A stretch of 64,000 nt of DNA, taken from the NCBI GenBank assembly GCA_041650915.1, contig JBAZKE010000001.1, forward strand, positions 611,097-675,096. The letters run 5' to 3'. The first letter of the stretch is position 1, and every line of letters starts with the position of its first letter. The position numbers were made by a program, and so were the translations under genes. This stretch comes from Patescibacteria group bacterium. GTDB taxonomy: Bacteria; Patescibacteriota; Patescibacteriia; UBA10025; JAHIVO01. The notes under the pieces were generated by a model. The model saw nothing but the letters and a program-made list of their open reading frames with translations, did not search any database and was not told where the DNA came from. Below, piece after piece: positions 1-9,573 of the stretch.

Positions 1-335
1 TCGGGAAAACGCTCGGCAATGTGCATTACCAGAATACGATGAATGAAGCCGCTGATAAGGTAAAAAAAGGCATCAGTATCGTAAAAACCCTTGAGGCACA
101 GCCAAAATTATTTCCACCTGTTGTCTCCCAAATGGTGCATATCGGCGAAGAGAGCGGAACGCTCGATACCATTTCCGAAGAAATCGCAAATTTTTATGAA
201 GAAGATGTGGACCAGACGATGCAGGGTCTTTCAACTATCATTGAACCAATCCTTATGCTCGTCATCGGCGGAGTAGTAGCTGTTATCGCACTCGCGGTAC
301 TGATGCCAATGTACGGACTTGTTGAAACAATTTAA
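1..335 (+). CDS. pilC: Type IV pilus assembly platform protein PilC/GspF family, C-terminal fragment (gene runs off the 5' edge)
   Basis: Open frame from the window edge (track ORF 21..335 begins at an internal GTG). C-terminal GspF-type sequence ...EEDVDQTMQGLSTIIEPILMLVIGGVVAVIALAVLMPMYGL with a terminal TM helix; immediately followed by pilM-pilN-pilO. Confidence 0.65.
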   Translation, partial: GKTLGNVHYQNTMNEAADKVKKGISIVKTLEAQPKLFPPVVSQMVHIGEESGTLDTISEEIANFYEEDVDQTMQGLSTIIEPILMLVIGGVVAVIALAVLMPMYGLVETI

Positions 336-380
336 TACTTAACCGCCTCGACAAATACATTTTATAGTACGCGGTAGTGT

Positions 381-1448
381 ATGCTAAATTTTCTACCATT
401 TAAAAATCATATTGGTCTCGATATTAGTGATTATAAAATCCGCTTTTTTCAGCTCCACCCAAGCCGGAGGCGTGCGTATAGGGTCCATTCATTCGGTGAA
501 ATCAATACGCAGCCAAATACGATCCAGGGGGGAATTATTCGCGATGAGGAGGCCATTACCTCACTGATAGGTGAACTGATTAAAAAACCCCATTATGGAA
601 AACTTGACACTACTTTTACCAACGCTTCGCTCCCTGAGCGTCAAATTTTTATCAAGACAGTCCTCATTCCTACAGTGCCTGCAAATGAATTGAAGGGGGC
701 AGTCACCTGGGCTATTGAACAAAATATTCCGATTCAACTTGAAACTGCAAATTTCGATTGGCAGGTCCTGGGCCCTGCATCTGAAGAACAGGAGGAAAAA
801 CTACGCGTGCTCGTTTCAGTTGCGCCTAAAAATCTTGTTGATTCCTATGCACGTGTTATTTCAGCAGCGGGACTTGAACTTATCAACCTTGAGAATGAAT
901 CAATCGCTATTGCCCGATGTTTAATTGACCAAAAATCGAGTAGTCAGAAACCACTCTTGGTTATTGATGTCGGTAAGAGCAGGACGAATCTTATGATTTC
1001 ATCAAGTTCCAAGATAGAATTCACTTTTACGGTTGACGTAAGCGGCCAGGAAATGACCGACGCAATCGCAAATGGCATTAAAGTTAATATTGATGATGCT
1101 GAAAAAGCAAAAATAATTTTTGGCCTCGATCAGCGCAAAGCCCACGGAAAAGTACGTCAAATAATTAAACCCATAATTGATAGGCTCGTGTTCCAAATCA
1201 AAGATTGCATTGAATACTATAATACTTACTCGGGGACGGATTCCGGCATTAATACGCTCTTGCTTACTGGCAGTGTCAGTAGGATGCTCGGGTTACCGGA
1301 ATATCTCCGGGAGGCCACCGGCCGTACAGTAATTATCGGCGACCCTTGGTGTAACGTTTCGAAGGCAAGGGATAAAAACGTTTCGGCCAACATTGATTAT
1401 CTTTCTTATACGACCGCGATTGGCCTCAGTTTAAAAAAGTTTTATTGA
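381..1448 (+). CDS. pilM: Type IV pilus assembly protein PilM (actin-like ATPase fold)
   Basis: 355 aa with ATG start. Actin/FtsA-like motifs (LLVIDVGKSRTNLMISS, LLLTGSVSRMLGLPEYL); sits between pilC and pilN/pilO-like genes. Confidence 0.8.
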   Translation: MLNFLPFKNHIGLDISDYKIRFFQLHPSRRRAYRVHSFGEINTQPNTIQGGIIRDEEAITSLIGELIKKPHYGKLDTTFTNASLPERQIFIKTVLIPTVPANELKGAVTWAIEQNIPIQLETANFDWQVLGPASEEQEEKLRVLVSVAPKNLVDSYARVISAAGLELINLENESIAIARCLIDQKSSSQKPLLVIDVGKSRTNLMISSSSKIEFTFTVDVSGQEMTDAIANGIKVNIDDAEKAKIIFGLDQRKAHGKVRQIIKPIIDRLVFQIKDCIEYYNTYSGTDSGINTLLLTGSVSRMLGLPEYLREATGRTVIIGDPWCNVSKARDKNVSANIDYLSYTTAIGLSLKKFY

Positions 1449-1462
1449 ACTGTTCTTCAGGC

Positions 1463-2020
1463 ATGATCACGCTTAACTTACTCAGTCCCGAAAGAAAAAA
1501 AACCGTCAAACGGTTGATGATATTTTTTCAATTAAAAAATACGTCATTTTTTATTATTAGCATCGCTCTAATCACGACCACGGTATTTGGTTTTTCTTAC
1601 TTACTACTAAATAATTTTTCCGAATCGCTCATTGATCAAATCAATAAAGAAATTGCTCAGCAAAAAGAGGAAAAACTTATTTCAATCGAGGAAGCAACGA
1701 AAGAACTCAATACCCAACTGAAGAGCGCTCAACAGATTCAAAACGATTATATACAATGGACTACGTTTTTATCAGATTTCAGCGGTAAAGTTATTGATGG
1801 CATTACGCTGACAAACGTTGAATTTATCACGTCAACTAAATCTTTTAAATTAATGGGAATGGCTGATACGCGGGCAACGCTGCTGGAATTTCAAGATGAA
1901 CTTGAAAAATTACCTACATTCAATGAGATTACTTCCCCTGTTTCAAATCTTTCGCAGCCGGAGAATATTCAATTTGAAATAACAGGATTGCTTACCGATG
2001 AAGTATACAAAAAAAATTAG
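1463..2020 (+). CDS. pilN: PilN-like pilus assembly protein (single N-terminal TM then coiled coil)
   Basis: Track ORF starts at TTG 1445, overlapping the pilM stop; the first ATG is at 1463 (MITLNLL...). Basic N-terminus, one TM (FFIISIALITTTVFGFSYLLL), coiled-coil-rich remainder; operon position after pilM. Confidence 0.5.
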   Translation: MITLNLLSPERKKTVKRLMIFFQLKNTSFFIISIALITTTVFGFSYLLLNNFSESLIDQINKEIAQQKEEKLISIEEATKELNTQLKSAQQIQNDYIQWTTFLSDFSGKVIDGITLTNVEFITSTKSFKLMGMADTRATLLEFQDELEKLPTFNEITSPVSNLSQPENIQFEITGLLTDEVYKKN

Positions 2021-2531
2021 CATTTCCTATAAAATTTATATACTGAGTATTATTACTGCAGCAGTAACCGTATGCTTACTATTTTTCATAACTATCCCGT
2101 TCTATACAAAAGTCAGTGAACTGACGGAAAGCATCAACGGAAAGCGCATTCAACTTGCAAGCTTTCAGCAGCAGCGTGAGAATATTGAACAAACACGCAC
2201 TGAATATAATACAATTAAAACAGATATTGAAAGTGTTTCAAAAATTTTTATTAAAGAAGACAATGTTCTCGAGATTATTTCAACGCTTGAAGAAATTGCA
2301 TTAACAAATAATATTATCCAATCCATTTCGATGGGCACGTTTTCAACTGAAGGCATTACACGGCGGCTTGATGTTACATTATCTTTACAAGGTACGTGGA
2401 ATCACATTATCCAATACTTATCATCGATCGAGCGGCTTGATTATTATATTTCCATGTCTGACTTGGCAATTAATACGAACACTGAAGGCACAACAGTCTC
2501 TATTAATGCAAGTTTTTACAGTATACCGTGA
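1998..2531 (+). CDS. pilO: PilO-like pilus assembly protein
   Basis: 177 aa, N-terminal TM (ILSIITAAVTVCLLFFITIPFY) then coiled coil (ELTESINGKRIQLASFQQQRENIEQ). ATG start, overlaps the pilN end. Position and architecture match PilO; the fold was not verified. Confidence 0.5.
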   Translation: MKYTKKISISYKIYILSIITAAVTVCLLFFITIPFYTKVSELTESINGKRIQLASFQQQRENIEQTRTEYNTIKTDIESVSKIFIKEDNVLEIISTLEEIALTNNIIQSISMGTFSTEGITRRLDVTLSLQGTWNHIIQYLSSIERLDYYISMSDLAINTNTEGTTVSINASFYSIP

Positions 2532-2815
2532 TGAAAATAAAATTTACTATTAGGTCACTTCCCCGCTTACTCAGTCGGCATATAAATTACGTTATGGTTG
2601 TCATTGTTGTTTTCATCGGGCTCTGGCTGGTTATCTTCAGCTACCGTAACGTTTACCAAACTGTCATTAATCCGCCGCCTATTGATGAGAATACTATTAT
2701 TGCGACACGTCAGAAAGTAGATCTGGTTCTTTTTGAAACTACTATTGATAATATCAATAAGAAAAAACAATCTGCGGAAAACGTCCTTAATTTTGAGGTG
2801 GATCTCTTCAAATAG
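2531..2815 (+). CDS. Small single-TM membrane protein at the end of the pilMNO operon (hypothetical; PilP-like position)
   Basis: Track ORF starts at GTG 2528. The ATG at 2531 overlaps the pilO stop as ATGA. One TM (YVMVVIVVFIGLWLVIF); no recognisable motif. Confidence 0.35.
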   Translation: MKIKFTIRSLPRLLSRHINYVMVVIVVFIGLWLVIFSYRNVYQTVINPPPIDENTIIATRQKVDLVLFETTIDNINKKKQSAENVLNFEVDLFK

Positions 2816-2816
2816 C

Positions 2817-2843
2817 TTGACAGACCGGCCGGGATGGTATAAT
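2817..2843 (+). promoter_or_regulatory. Near-consensus sigma-70-type promoter upstream of rpmA: TTGACA(2817-2822), 15-nt spacer, extended -10 TGgTATAAT(2835-2843)
   Basis: Hexamers read directly: ttgaca then gaccggccgggatgg then tataat, with TG two nt upstream of the -10. rpmA ATG at 2878 gives a leader of about 28 nt. Confidence 0.55.
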
Positions 2844-2877
2844 GTTTTCTTACATATCATTAATCCAATGCACATTC

Positions 2878-3153
2878 ATGGCACACGTTAAAGGTACAGG
2901 CACAACTTCACTCGGCCGTGACAGTAGAGGCCAGCGGCTCGGAGTAAAAATTTATTCAGGAGAAGCTGTAAAATCCGGCAATATCATTGTACGCCAGCGA
3001 GGAACAGGTTTTAGACCAGGGAAAAACGTCAAACTCGCCAATGATGATTCCATCTTTTCGACTGCAAACGGAACGGTTCATTTCGCGAAGCGCAAAGTTA
3101 CGGGATTTGATGGCAAAATGAAGAAGACAACATACGTTAACGTTGTACGATAA
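2878..3153 (+). CDS. rpmA: 50S ribosomal protein L27
   Basis: [51 protein letters not shown]... matches the conserved L27 N-terminus (MAHKKG.GS..NGRDS...G.K..G.....G.I..RQRGT). The track ORF starts 12 codons upstream at an ATG that lies inside the promoter -10, so the start was moved to 2878. Confidence 0.9.
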   Translation: MAHVKGTGTTSLGRDSRGQRLGVKIYSGEAVKSGNIIVRQRGTGFRPGKNVKLANDDSIFSTANGTVHFAKRKVTGFDGKMKKTTYVNVVR

Positions 3154-3172
3154 ACAGTCGGTTTTTTAAAAA

Positions 3173-3202
3173 AACGCCATACGCAAATCGTGGCGTTTTT
3201 TA
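3173..3202. terminator. Bidirectional rho-independent terminator between convergent rpmA (+) and pyrG (-)
   Basis: Stem AACGCCA(3173-3179), loop tacgcaaatcg, stem TGGCGTT(3191-3197), then TTTTT. On the opposite strand the same stem is followed by T7 (complement of aaaaaaa 3167-3173). The T-tract overlaps the pyrG stop codon (3200-3202). Confidence 0.7.
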
Positions 3203-4900
3203 TTGTGATGACTTTAATGACGCTCGAATAAATTCAATAAATAACGGGTGTGGGTGGAGTGGCTTTGATTTGTATTCAGGGTGACCTTGCGTTGCAATAA
3301 AAAAAGGATGCATCGACCGGGGCAATTCAATCGCCTCAACGAAAAAATTGTCACCAGAGGTTCCTGAAATGACCAAGCCTTTTTCTTCAAGAATCTCCCG
3401 ATATTTATTATTGAATTCAAAACGATGCCGATGGCGTTCAGAAACCTTGACAGTACCGGTGGCAGTAATTTTTTCCCTCATTTTACGGTTCTCACTCAAC
3501 TGCTCGCCAACACCGTACTTCATGTATATCATTGCCGCATTGGTCTTTTCCTTAAGGTAACAATCATATGCCCCAAGGCGCATTGACGTGCCTTTTCCCT
3601 TGATCGTCTGATATTTGCTCGACATTGGAATGCTATGGATGATAGGATCTTTTGTGTCAGGATCGATTTCTGCTGAGTTTGCACCTTTAATTCCCACAAC
3701 ATTTCGTGCAAACTCAACACACGCGAGCTGCATCCCATAACAAAGCCCGAGGTATGGGATCTTTTTTTCGCGTGCATACCGTATCGTCTGGATTTTACCC
3801 TCTGCCCCCCTGCGCCCCCAGCCGATTGGGACAATGATGCCATCAGGTTTTCCAATTATTTTTGCCCCGTTTTTTTCTATATCTTCAGTATTTTTAACCT
3901 GTAAATCCAATTCAAGGCTGTGGTACCAGCAAGCGTGTTTAATTGCTTCTATGAGCGCTGCATATGTATCTGTAAGGCCATAATCCCCTGTACTGTAGTA
4001 TTTGCCGGCGATCACAATACGAACTTTTTTCTTTTTCGTGGACTTAATTTTTTTTACCAGACGCATCCACTCCCCAAGGTGTGGACGTCGATAGTTGAGT
4101 TTGAAAAATTTTAGAATATTCTTATCAAAATTTTGCTTTGCAAAAAGGAGCGGCAGCTCATAGATTGTCTCCAGGTCACGGGCCATGATGACATTATCCC
4201 CGGTGACGTTACACTTGAGGCCGAGCAGATACCGCCTGCGTTTATCCAGTTCTGCCTCACTCCTTAATACTAAAAATTCAGGCATGATGCCCATGCTCAT
4301 CACCGTTTTAATTGAGAGCTGAGTCGGCATTGTTTTGGGTTCGCCGATATGCTTCGGCAATGGGACATAGCTAACGTGGATGTTAAGCACTTGCCCGGCT
4401 AATTGTGCTTTCATGATTCTACATGCCTCGTAGTAGAGCATATTTTGGTACTCCCCCGCCGTACCTCCAAGTTCGATGATTATAATATCGTTCCCTTCTC
4501 CTGCCTGTTTTATTCTCGTAATAATTTCATCTGATACATGGGGAATCGCTTCAACATCTTCACCGTTATAGCCGAAAGATCTCTCGCGGTCGATAACGGT
4601 CTTATAAATCTGCCCCATGGTAGTAAAGTTTTTATTTCCCATTTCCTGGTTGAGAAAACGTTCGTATGTTCCCAGATCCATATCAGCTTCCAGTCCATCT
4701 TCACATAAAAATGGGTCACCGTGCTCAATCGGATTGATGGTGCCTGAATCTATGTTCAAGTAATTTTCACACTTGATAACGCCAACTTTATACCCCCGAT
4801 TCTGCAGCAACTGCCCGATTGAAGCAGCGACAACCCCTTTACCGAGGCCCGATAGAACCCCTCCAGAGACAAATATGTACTTACATTGTTTTGGACTCAT
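3200..4900 (-). CDS. pyrG: CTP synthase
   Basis: 566 aa. N-terminal synthetase motif [25 protein letters not shown] and C-terminal glutamine amidotransferase motifs (GLCYGMQ, HPEY). ATG start overlaps the rplI stop. Confidence 0.95.
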   Translation of the reverse strand: MSPKQCKYIFVSGGVLSGLGKGVVAASIGQLLQNRGYKVGVIKCENYLNIDSGTINPIEHGDPFLCEDGLEADMDLGTYERFLNQEMGNKNFTTMGQIYKTVIDRERSFGYNGEDVEAIPHVSDEIITRIKQAGEGNDIIIIELGGTAGEYQNMLYYEACRIMKAQLAGQVLNIHVSYVPLPKHIGEPKTMPTQLSIKTVMSMGIMPEFLVLRSEAELDKRRRYLLGLKCNVTGDNVIMARDLETIYELPLLFAKQNFDKNILKFFKLNYRRPHLGEWMRLVKKIKSTKKKKVRIVIAGKYYSTGDYGLTDTYAALIEAIKHACWYHSLELDLQVKNTEDIEKNGAKIIGKPDGIIVPIGWGRRGAEGKIQTIRYAREKKIPYLGLCYGMQLACVEFARNVVGIKGANSAEIDPDTKDPIIHSIPMSSKYQTIKGKGTSMRLGAYDCYLKEKTNAAMIYMKYGVGEQLSENRKMREKITATGTVKVSERHRHRFEFNNKYREILEEKGLVISGTSGDNFFVEAIELPRSMHPFFIATQGHPEYKSKPLHPHPLFIEFIRASLKSSQ

Positions 4901-5340
4901 AGTGCTTTAACGTCTAGAGTAACCAATTTTTTATTTTCTCCAACCATCACCTGAATCTCGTGCAATCCGACCTTTTTTATCGGATTTTTTATTATAATTG
5001 CATCATAGCTCAGCCCTACGCCACTCTGCTCTTTGATTTTTTTAATAATTTGATCATTGGAGAGGCCTGCGAAGAGTGTACCGCCGGTGCTGCATTTCAC
5101 TTTAATAACAACTGTAAGGTCGTCGAGTTTAGCTACTTGCTTTTCTTGTTTCGATTTCTGGGATTTTTTTGCTTCATTATCATGGTGGTGGACCCGTTCT
5201 GCCCGTGCCTTGAGGGCCGGGGTTGCTACGATGGCAAGTTTTCGCGGAAAAAGTAAATTTCGAGCATACCCGTCGGATACCTTCTTTACCTCCCCTCGTT
5301 TTCCAACATTATTAACGTCGGCAAGCAGTATTACTTCCAT
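4897..5340 (-). CDS. rplI: 50S ribosomal protein L9
   Basis: [41 protein letters not shown]... is the canonical L9 N-domain; 147 aa. Confidence 0.85.
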   Translation of the reverse strand: MEVILLADVNNVGKRGEVKKVSDGYARNLLFPRKLAIVATPALKARAERVHHHDNEAKKSQKSKQEKQVAKLDDLTVVIKVKCSTGGTLFAGLSNDQIIKKIKEQSGVGLSYDAIIIKNPIKKVGLHEIQVMVGENKKLVTLDVKAL

Positions 5341-5349
5341 ACATACATC

Positions 5350-5619
5350 TTAATGGATAACCTCAAAAGAATCAAACCTTCTGCAGTGAACCAGTATTTT
5401 ATTTTCAACCAATTGTACTTTACTGGCTCCCGGACTTGATAAAATCCACCCGACGAACGTTTCGAGCTGCTTTTTTCCGCCAGATGCGATGATTTCAACG
5501 CTGCCATTGCTACAGTTTTGTACCGAGCCGGTCAATCCTAGGCTTTTTGCTTTTTTCTGCACTGTTGCCCTAAAAAAAACACCCTGAACCCTCCCGTAAA
5601 CGTGTATAAGACTGTTCAT
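5350..5619 (-). CDS. acyP: Acylphosphatase
   Basis: 89 aa. VYGRVQGVFFRATVQKKAKSLGLTGSVQNCSNGSVEI matches the acylphosphatase signature (V.G.VQGV.FR, G.V.N...G.V). Confidence 0.8.
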   Translation of the reverse strand: MNSLIHVYGRVQGVFFRATVQKKAKSLGLTGSVQNCSNGSVEIIASGGKKQLETFVGWILSSPGASKVQLVENKILVHCRRFDSFEVIH

Positions 5620-6869
5620 TATTGCGCGATTGCCGATTCTAATATAATCTCTTGAGCGGCAAGATACTGAGGATCATAGTCTGCATTATAATCTTCCGGC
5701 GTTAGTGCTACCTCAATATCAGGTAATATACCTGAATCATTAATTGATCTGCCGTTGGGTGTCAGCCAGTACGCTACCGTCAATTTGAGCGAGGAGCCAT
5801 CAGAATACTGCTCGTAATCCTGTACAGTGCCTTTTCCGTACGTTTGTTCACCAACGATGGTGGCCGCATCATAATCTTGCAGTGCCCCTGCAACAATTTC
5901 AGACGCAGATGCGCTCCCTTGATTTACGAGCACGACGGTTGGTATTCCGGCGAGCCGCCCATTAGAACTCGAAACATATTCATCCTTGTTTTCACCAAAT
6001 TGTTCGATCACTATCGTTTTGCCATCTACAAACTCACCCGCGACATCAACCGCACTCATGAGGTATCCTCCGGGATTGTTGCGTAAATCCAAGATAATGC
6101 CTTGAGGGCTCTCGAGCAAAATATCGGTGACCATTGACGAAAAAGTCGAATAAGTGTCTTCATTGAAATGAATAATCTCAATGTATGCGATATCATTTTC
6201 TTTCATCGACCATTGCACGCTTTCAACAGTGATGATATTTCTAATAACTGCAACTTCCCGAACATCAGAATCGCTTGGGCCTTGTATGGTCAGCACCACT
6301 TCAGTCCCTTTCTCGCCCCGGATGAGCGAAATTGCACGGTCAAGACTTAAATCAGCTGTAGAAGTTTCGTCAATTTTAAATATTTTATCTCCAGCACGCA
6401 AACCCGCCTCGAAAGCCGGAGAGCCAGGAAGCGGCGCAATAATGGTCAGCTGATCCTCTTTGATCCCGATCTCAGCGCCGATGCCTTCAAAACTGCCAGT
6501 GAGTTCTTTATTAAATTCTGTTGTTTGGCTCGGATCTAGAAATACCGAATACGGGTCTCCGAGACTTTCTACCATACCTTGAATGGCACCGTAGTAGAGC
6601 TGTTGTTCTGTTGCCGGTCCCCCGGCATATTGATCTTGAATCGCATTCCAAACATTCGTAAATAAATCAGTGTTGATGGCATCATCGGTAATTAAAGAAT
6701 TTGCATCTGAAATGATATCCGATACGTTCGAGCTGGTCTCGCTATGAATCGACTGCAAGATGCCGAGATAAAAACCGCTTACTAAACTAATAATGATAAA
6801 GAGAACGAAGGTGGCTGCAATCAAAAATTTTGTTGCTGAATTTGAAGATTTTATTTTATCGTTATGCAT
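5619..6869 (-). CDS. ctpA: Carboxyl-terminal processing protease (peptidase S41, PDZ domain), N-terminal membrane anchor
   Basis: 416 aa. N-terminal TM, PDZ region (GDKIFKIDETSTADLSLDRAISLIRG) and S41 catalytic region (VVLVNQGSASASEIVAGALQDY, TYGKGTVQ). Confidence 0.8.
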   Translation of the reverse strand: MHNDKIKSSNSATKFLIAATFVLFIIISLVSGFYLGILQSIHSETSSNVSDIISDANSLITDDAINTDLFTNVWNAIQDQYAGGPATEQQLYYGAIQGMVESLGDPYSVFLDPSQTTEFNKELTGSFEGIGAEIGIKEDQLTIIAPLPGSPAFEAGLRAGDKIFKIDETSTADLSLDRAISLIRGEKGTEVVLTIQGPSDSDVREVAVIRNIITVESVQWSMKENDIAYIEIIHFNEDTYSTFSSMVTDILLESPQGIILDLRNNPGGYLMSAVDVAGEFVDGKTIVIEQFGENKDEYVSSSNGRLAGIPTVVLVNQGSASASEIVAGALQDYDAATIVGEQTYGKGTVQDYEQYSDGSSLKLTVAYWLTPNGRSINDSGILPDIEVALTPEDYNADYDPQYLAAQEIILESAIAQ

Positions 6870-6879
6870 AAGGGCTCTA

Positions 6880-8133
6880 TTACTTTCGTGCTATAATAGC
6901 ACCGAGTTTTTTAAGCTGGGTTTCAATATGCTCATAACCTCGATCAACAATTTCCACTTTTTTAATTATACTCTCGCCTTCAGCCACAAGTGCAGCGATG
7001 ATCAGAGTTGCGCCGGCTCTGATATCGATTGAAGTAATTCTTTTCCCATAGAGCGGCGTTGGACCGTTTATAATTATCGTGTGAGGGTCGACAGGAGTGA
7101 TATCTGCCCCCATTTTTTTTAATTCATCAACATACCCGAGGCGGCCTTCATACATTGTTTCAAAAATTTTACTCGTGCCGCTTGCCTGCGTAAGCAGTAC
7201 AGAAAGAGGCGCTTGAAGATCGGTAGGATATCCAGGAAATGGCCTCGTATCTACACTAATAGGCGTAAACATGGTCGTTGGCTTGATATGGAGCGTAGAC
7301 GTGCCTTCTACTATGAACGAAACATTGGAGGCTTTCAATTTTTGTAGTATAGCGTCCAGGTGAGACGGTTCTACGCCTTTGATTCGGACGTCTCCGCGAC
7401 TTACTGCCGCTGCAATCGCAAATGTTCCAGCCTCAATTCTATCGGGAATAACCCGGTGTTCAGCCCCATGAAGTGAAGAAACTCCCTTGATTGTAAGAAC
7501 GGAGGTGCCCTCTCCCGAAATTTTTGCACCCATCTTCTTTAGTAAACAAGCTAAGTCGACCACCTCGGGTTCAGAAGCAGCCATATGTATCTCAGATGTT
7601 CCACTTGCGCAGACTGACGCCATAAGTATATTTTCCGTTGCCGTTACGCTCATTTCATCCAGAACGATTTTTGCACCATCCAGTTTTTCGGATTTGAAAT
7701 GATAGTAATCCTTCTCTTGATCGACTGTAACTCCAAGCTGACGAAATGCATTGATGTGCGTATCAATAGGACGTGCGCCAATGAGGCAGCCGCCAGGTTG
7801 AGGTATTTTCGCGTGGCCCAGTCGGGCAAGAAGCGGGCCGATGATGACAACTGAACCTCTGAGGTGTTTTACAAGCTGGTAGTCTGGATCGCCAAGAAGT
7901 ACACGAGGGGCTTGAAGCGTTAAACAATGGTTGGAAAATTCAGCCTGTACACCCAAGTGTTCAACAATTTTAATCATGTGCCGGATATCCAGTATGTCAG
8001 GTACATTGGTCAATGTTACACGTTCAGTAGTGAGAAGAGCCGCTGCAATCATCTTCAACGCGGCATTCTTAGCGCCACCGATCGTTATTTCACCTTCCAA
8101 TGATTTTCCTCCTTGAACAATAAGCTGGGACAT
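6880..8133 (-). CDS. murA: UDP-N-acetylglucosamine 1-carboxyvinyltransferase
   Basis: EPSP-synthase-fold MurA motifs (QGGKSLEGEITIGGAKNAALKMIAAALLT; catalytic Cys loop in PGGCLIGARPID). Track ORF starts at TTG 8145; the first ATG (MSQLIVQGG) at 8133 is preferred. Confidence 0.9.
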   Translation of the reverse strand: MSQLIVQGGKSLEGEITIGGAKNAALKMIAAALLTTERVTLTNVPDILDIRHMIKIVEHLGVQAEFSNHCLTLQAPRVLLGDPDYQLVKHLRGSVVIIGPLLARLGHAKIPQPGGCLIGARPIDTHINAFRQLGVTVDQEKDYYHFKSEKLDGAKIVLDEMSVTATENILMASVCASGTSEIHMAASEPEVVDLACLLKKMGAKISGEGTSVLTIKGVSSLHGAEHRVIPDRIEAGTFAIAAAVSRGDVRIKGVEPSHLDAILQKLKASNVSFIVEGTSTLHIKPTTMFTPISVDTRPFPGYPTDLQAPLSVLLTQASGTSKIFETMYEGRLGYVDELKKMGADITPVDPHTIIINGPTPLYGKRITSIDIRAGATLIIAALVAEGESIIKKVEIVDRGYEHIETQLKKLGAIIARK

Positions 8134-8209
8134 AAGGTAGTTCAAAAAATACCGGGCTTTGGGAAATCGAATTTAATTATACCAGACTCCCAATTATGAG
8201 CAAACTCAG

Positions 8210-8238
8210 TAGACAAATTCTTTGCAAATGCCTATAAT
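8210..8238 (+). promoter_or_regulatory. Sigma-70-like promoter TAGACA(8210-8215), 17-nt spacer, TATAAT(8233-8238); the transcript would be essentially leaderless for the PEGA gene (ATG 8248)
   Basis: Hexamers read directly. The -10 ends 9 nt before the ATG, so a transcription start about 7 nt after the -10 leaves a leader of 3 nt or less. Confidence 0.45.
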
Positions 8239-8247
8239 ACTTCGTAT

Positions 8248-9534
8248 ATGACTATTAGGCTGAGAAGAATTTTTTTTTCGTTACTGGGCATTTTCTTTGT
8301 TATAACGGCTACTGTATTGGTCTTGTATGCGGCGGGGTGGCGTTATAATTTTACTGAAAGGACAGTTGAACACGTTGGAGGTATCATTATCGATTCAAAT
8401 CCGCGCAAAGCTACTGTATTGATGGATGGCTTGCTGACCGATAATGAAACCCCAGCCACAATCCAAAATCTGCCTCCGGGAGATGTCATGATCAGCCTGC
8501 AAAAAGACGGTTTTTTCTCTTGGAATTTGCCGGTCACGGTCATTTCTTCCCATACTGTGCGTATTCCAACAGTTGAGCTCGTCCAGAACGATTTTCAGTC
8601 AGAGCCGATCATCCGGGAACGGTTTTCTGATGTCGCCCTTTCGGCTGATCGAGGGTTTTTTTCTGCATACAGAGACCGCTTGCTTACCGTGTACTCGCTC
8701 ACTTCAAATGAAGAGGCATATAATACGACCGTTGATCAGCCGATTGTTGGTCTGAGTTGGTCGGCGTACAATCCTGAACTTTTACTCGTACTCGAGAATG
8801 GCTTTACGTATTGGCTCGACCCTACCTCTCCTGACAATGCATTACAGCCGGTCAATGAACTGTTTGATGAAAATTTTTGGTGGATGTCGTGGAGTGTCGA
8901 TGAGAATAGCATCTTGTATGCAACATCAGAAAATGGTCTTTTTCGTCTCAATACATTTCAGCGCACAAAAACTTTAATCAGTGAAATTGATAATGTGATT
9001 GGCGTATCGAGTGAATATATTTTTACGTCAAATGAAAATTCACTTTCGGTTTATTCACTATCGGGAAAATTAATTGATACGCTCGGCATTAAATTAAGCC
9101 CCCAAATTAAACTTTTTTCAAAATACTCCTCATTTATACCGTTACTAGATGAGGCTGACGAAGTGCTCTTCCTTTTTGACACAGAGAATAATACAATGGA
9201 ACGAATGTCAGATAGCATGCGTGGAATACTGTGGGATGATGCATTGGAACACAATCTTTATTTCAATTCAAACGAAATAGTTGATTGGAATGCAAAAAAC
9301 TCCACGAGAGAAATTATCGTACGCTCATCCGAAAATCTTCAGCAGGCTTATTGGATAAAAAATCGGTATTACGTCGCCTATATTCAAGGTAATACTGCAT
9401 ACCTTACAGAAGTTCGTGGCCCAGAACGTAATACCTACAAACTGCCTTATACTAATGTTTCATCAGTAGATTTCGTTGATGACACGCACTTACTCTTACT
9501 TTCTGATGGCCAACCTTTCTTAATCCAGTTGTAG
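8248..9534 (+). CDS. PEGA-domain envelope protein with N-terminal TM anchor and a repeat-rich (possibly beta-propeller) C-terminal region
   Basis: N-terminal TM (IFFSLLGIFFVITATVLVLYAAGW); PEGA-like segment (IIIDSNPRKATVLMDGLLTDNETPATIQNLPPGDVMISLQKDGF); remainder has repeated aromatic/Ser-rich strands. Confidence 0.55.
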   Translation: MTIRLRRIFFSLLGIFFVITATVLVLYAAGWRYNFTERTVEHVGGIIIDSNPRKATVLMDGLLTDNETPATIQNLPPGDVMISLQKDGFFSWNLPVTVISSHTVRIPTVELVQNDFQSEPIIRERFSDVALSADRGFFSAYRDRLLTVYSLTSNEEAYNTTVDQPIVGLSWSAYNPELLLVLENGFTYWLDPTSPDNALQPVNELFDENFWWMSWSVDENSILYATSENGLFRLNTFQRTKTLISEIDNVIGVSSEYIFTSNENSLSVYSLSGKLIDTLGIKLSPQIKLFSKYSSFIPLLDEADEVLFLFDTENNTMERMSDSMRGILWDDALEHNLYFNSNEIVDWNAKNSTREIIVRSSENLQQAYWIKNRYYVAYIQGNTAYLTEVRGPERNTYKLPYTNVSSVDFVDDTHLLLLSDGQPFLIQL

Positions 9535-9573
9535 CGTAAAATCAGCCAACTATTCTTGGCACATTGGCAATAA

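Noticed and set aside
3214-4728. Several 60-110-aa ORFs on the strand opposite pyrG (for example 3214..3420, 3529..3855, 4510..4728), and similar antisense ORFs inside rplI, ctpA, murA, ahcY, the glycosyltransferase genes and others
   Set aside because: Each is fully embedded in, and antisense or out of frame to, a long ORF with clear family motifs. No independent signals support them, and such ORFs are expected by chance.
8222-8238. TTGCAA followed 5 nt later by TATAAT as a promoter pair
   Set aside because: The spacing is far too short for a -35/-10 pair. The TAGACA at 8210 gives a proper 17-nt spacer instead.
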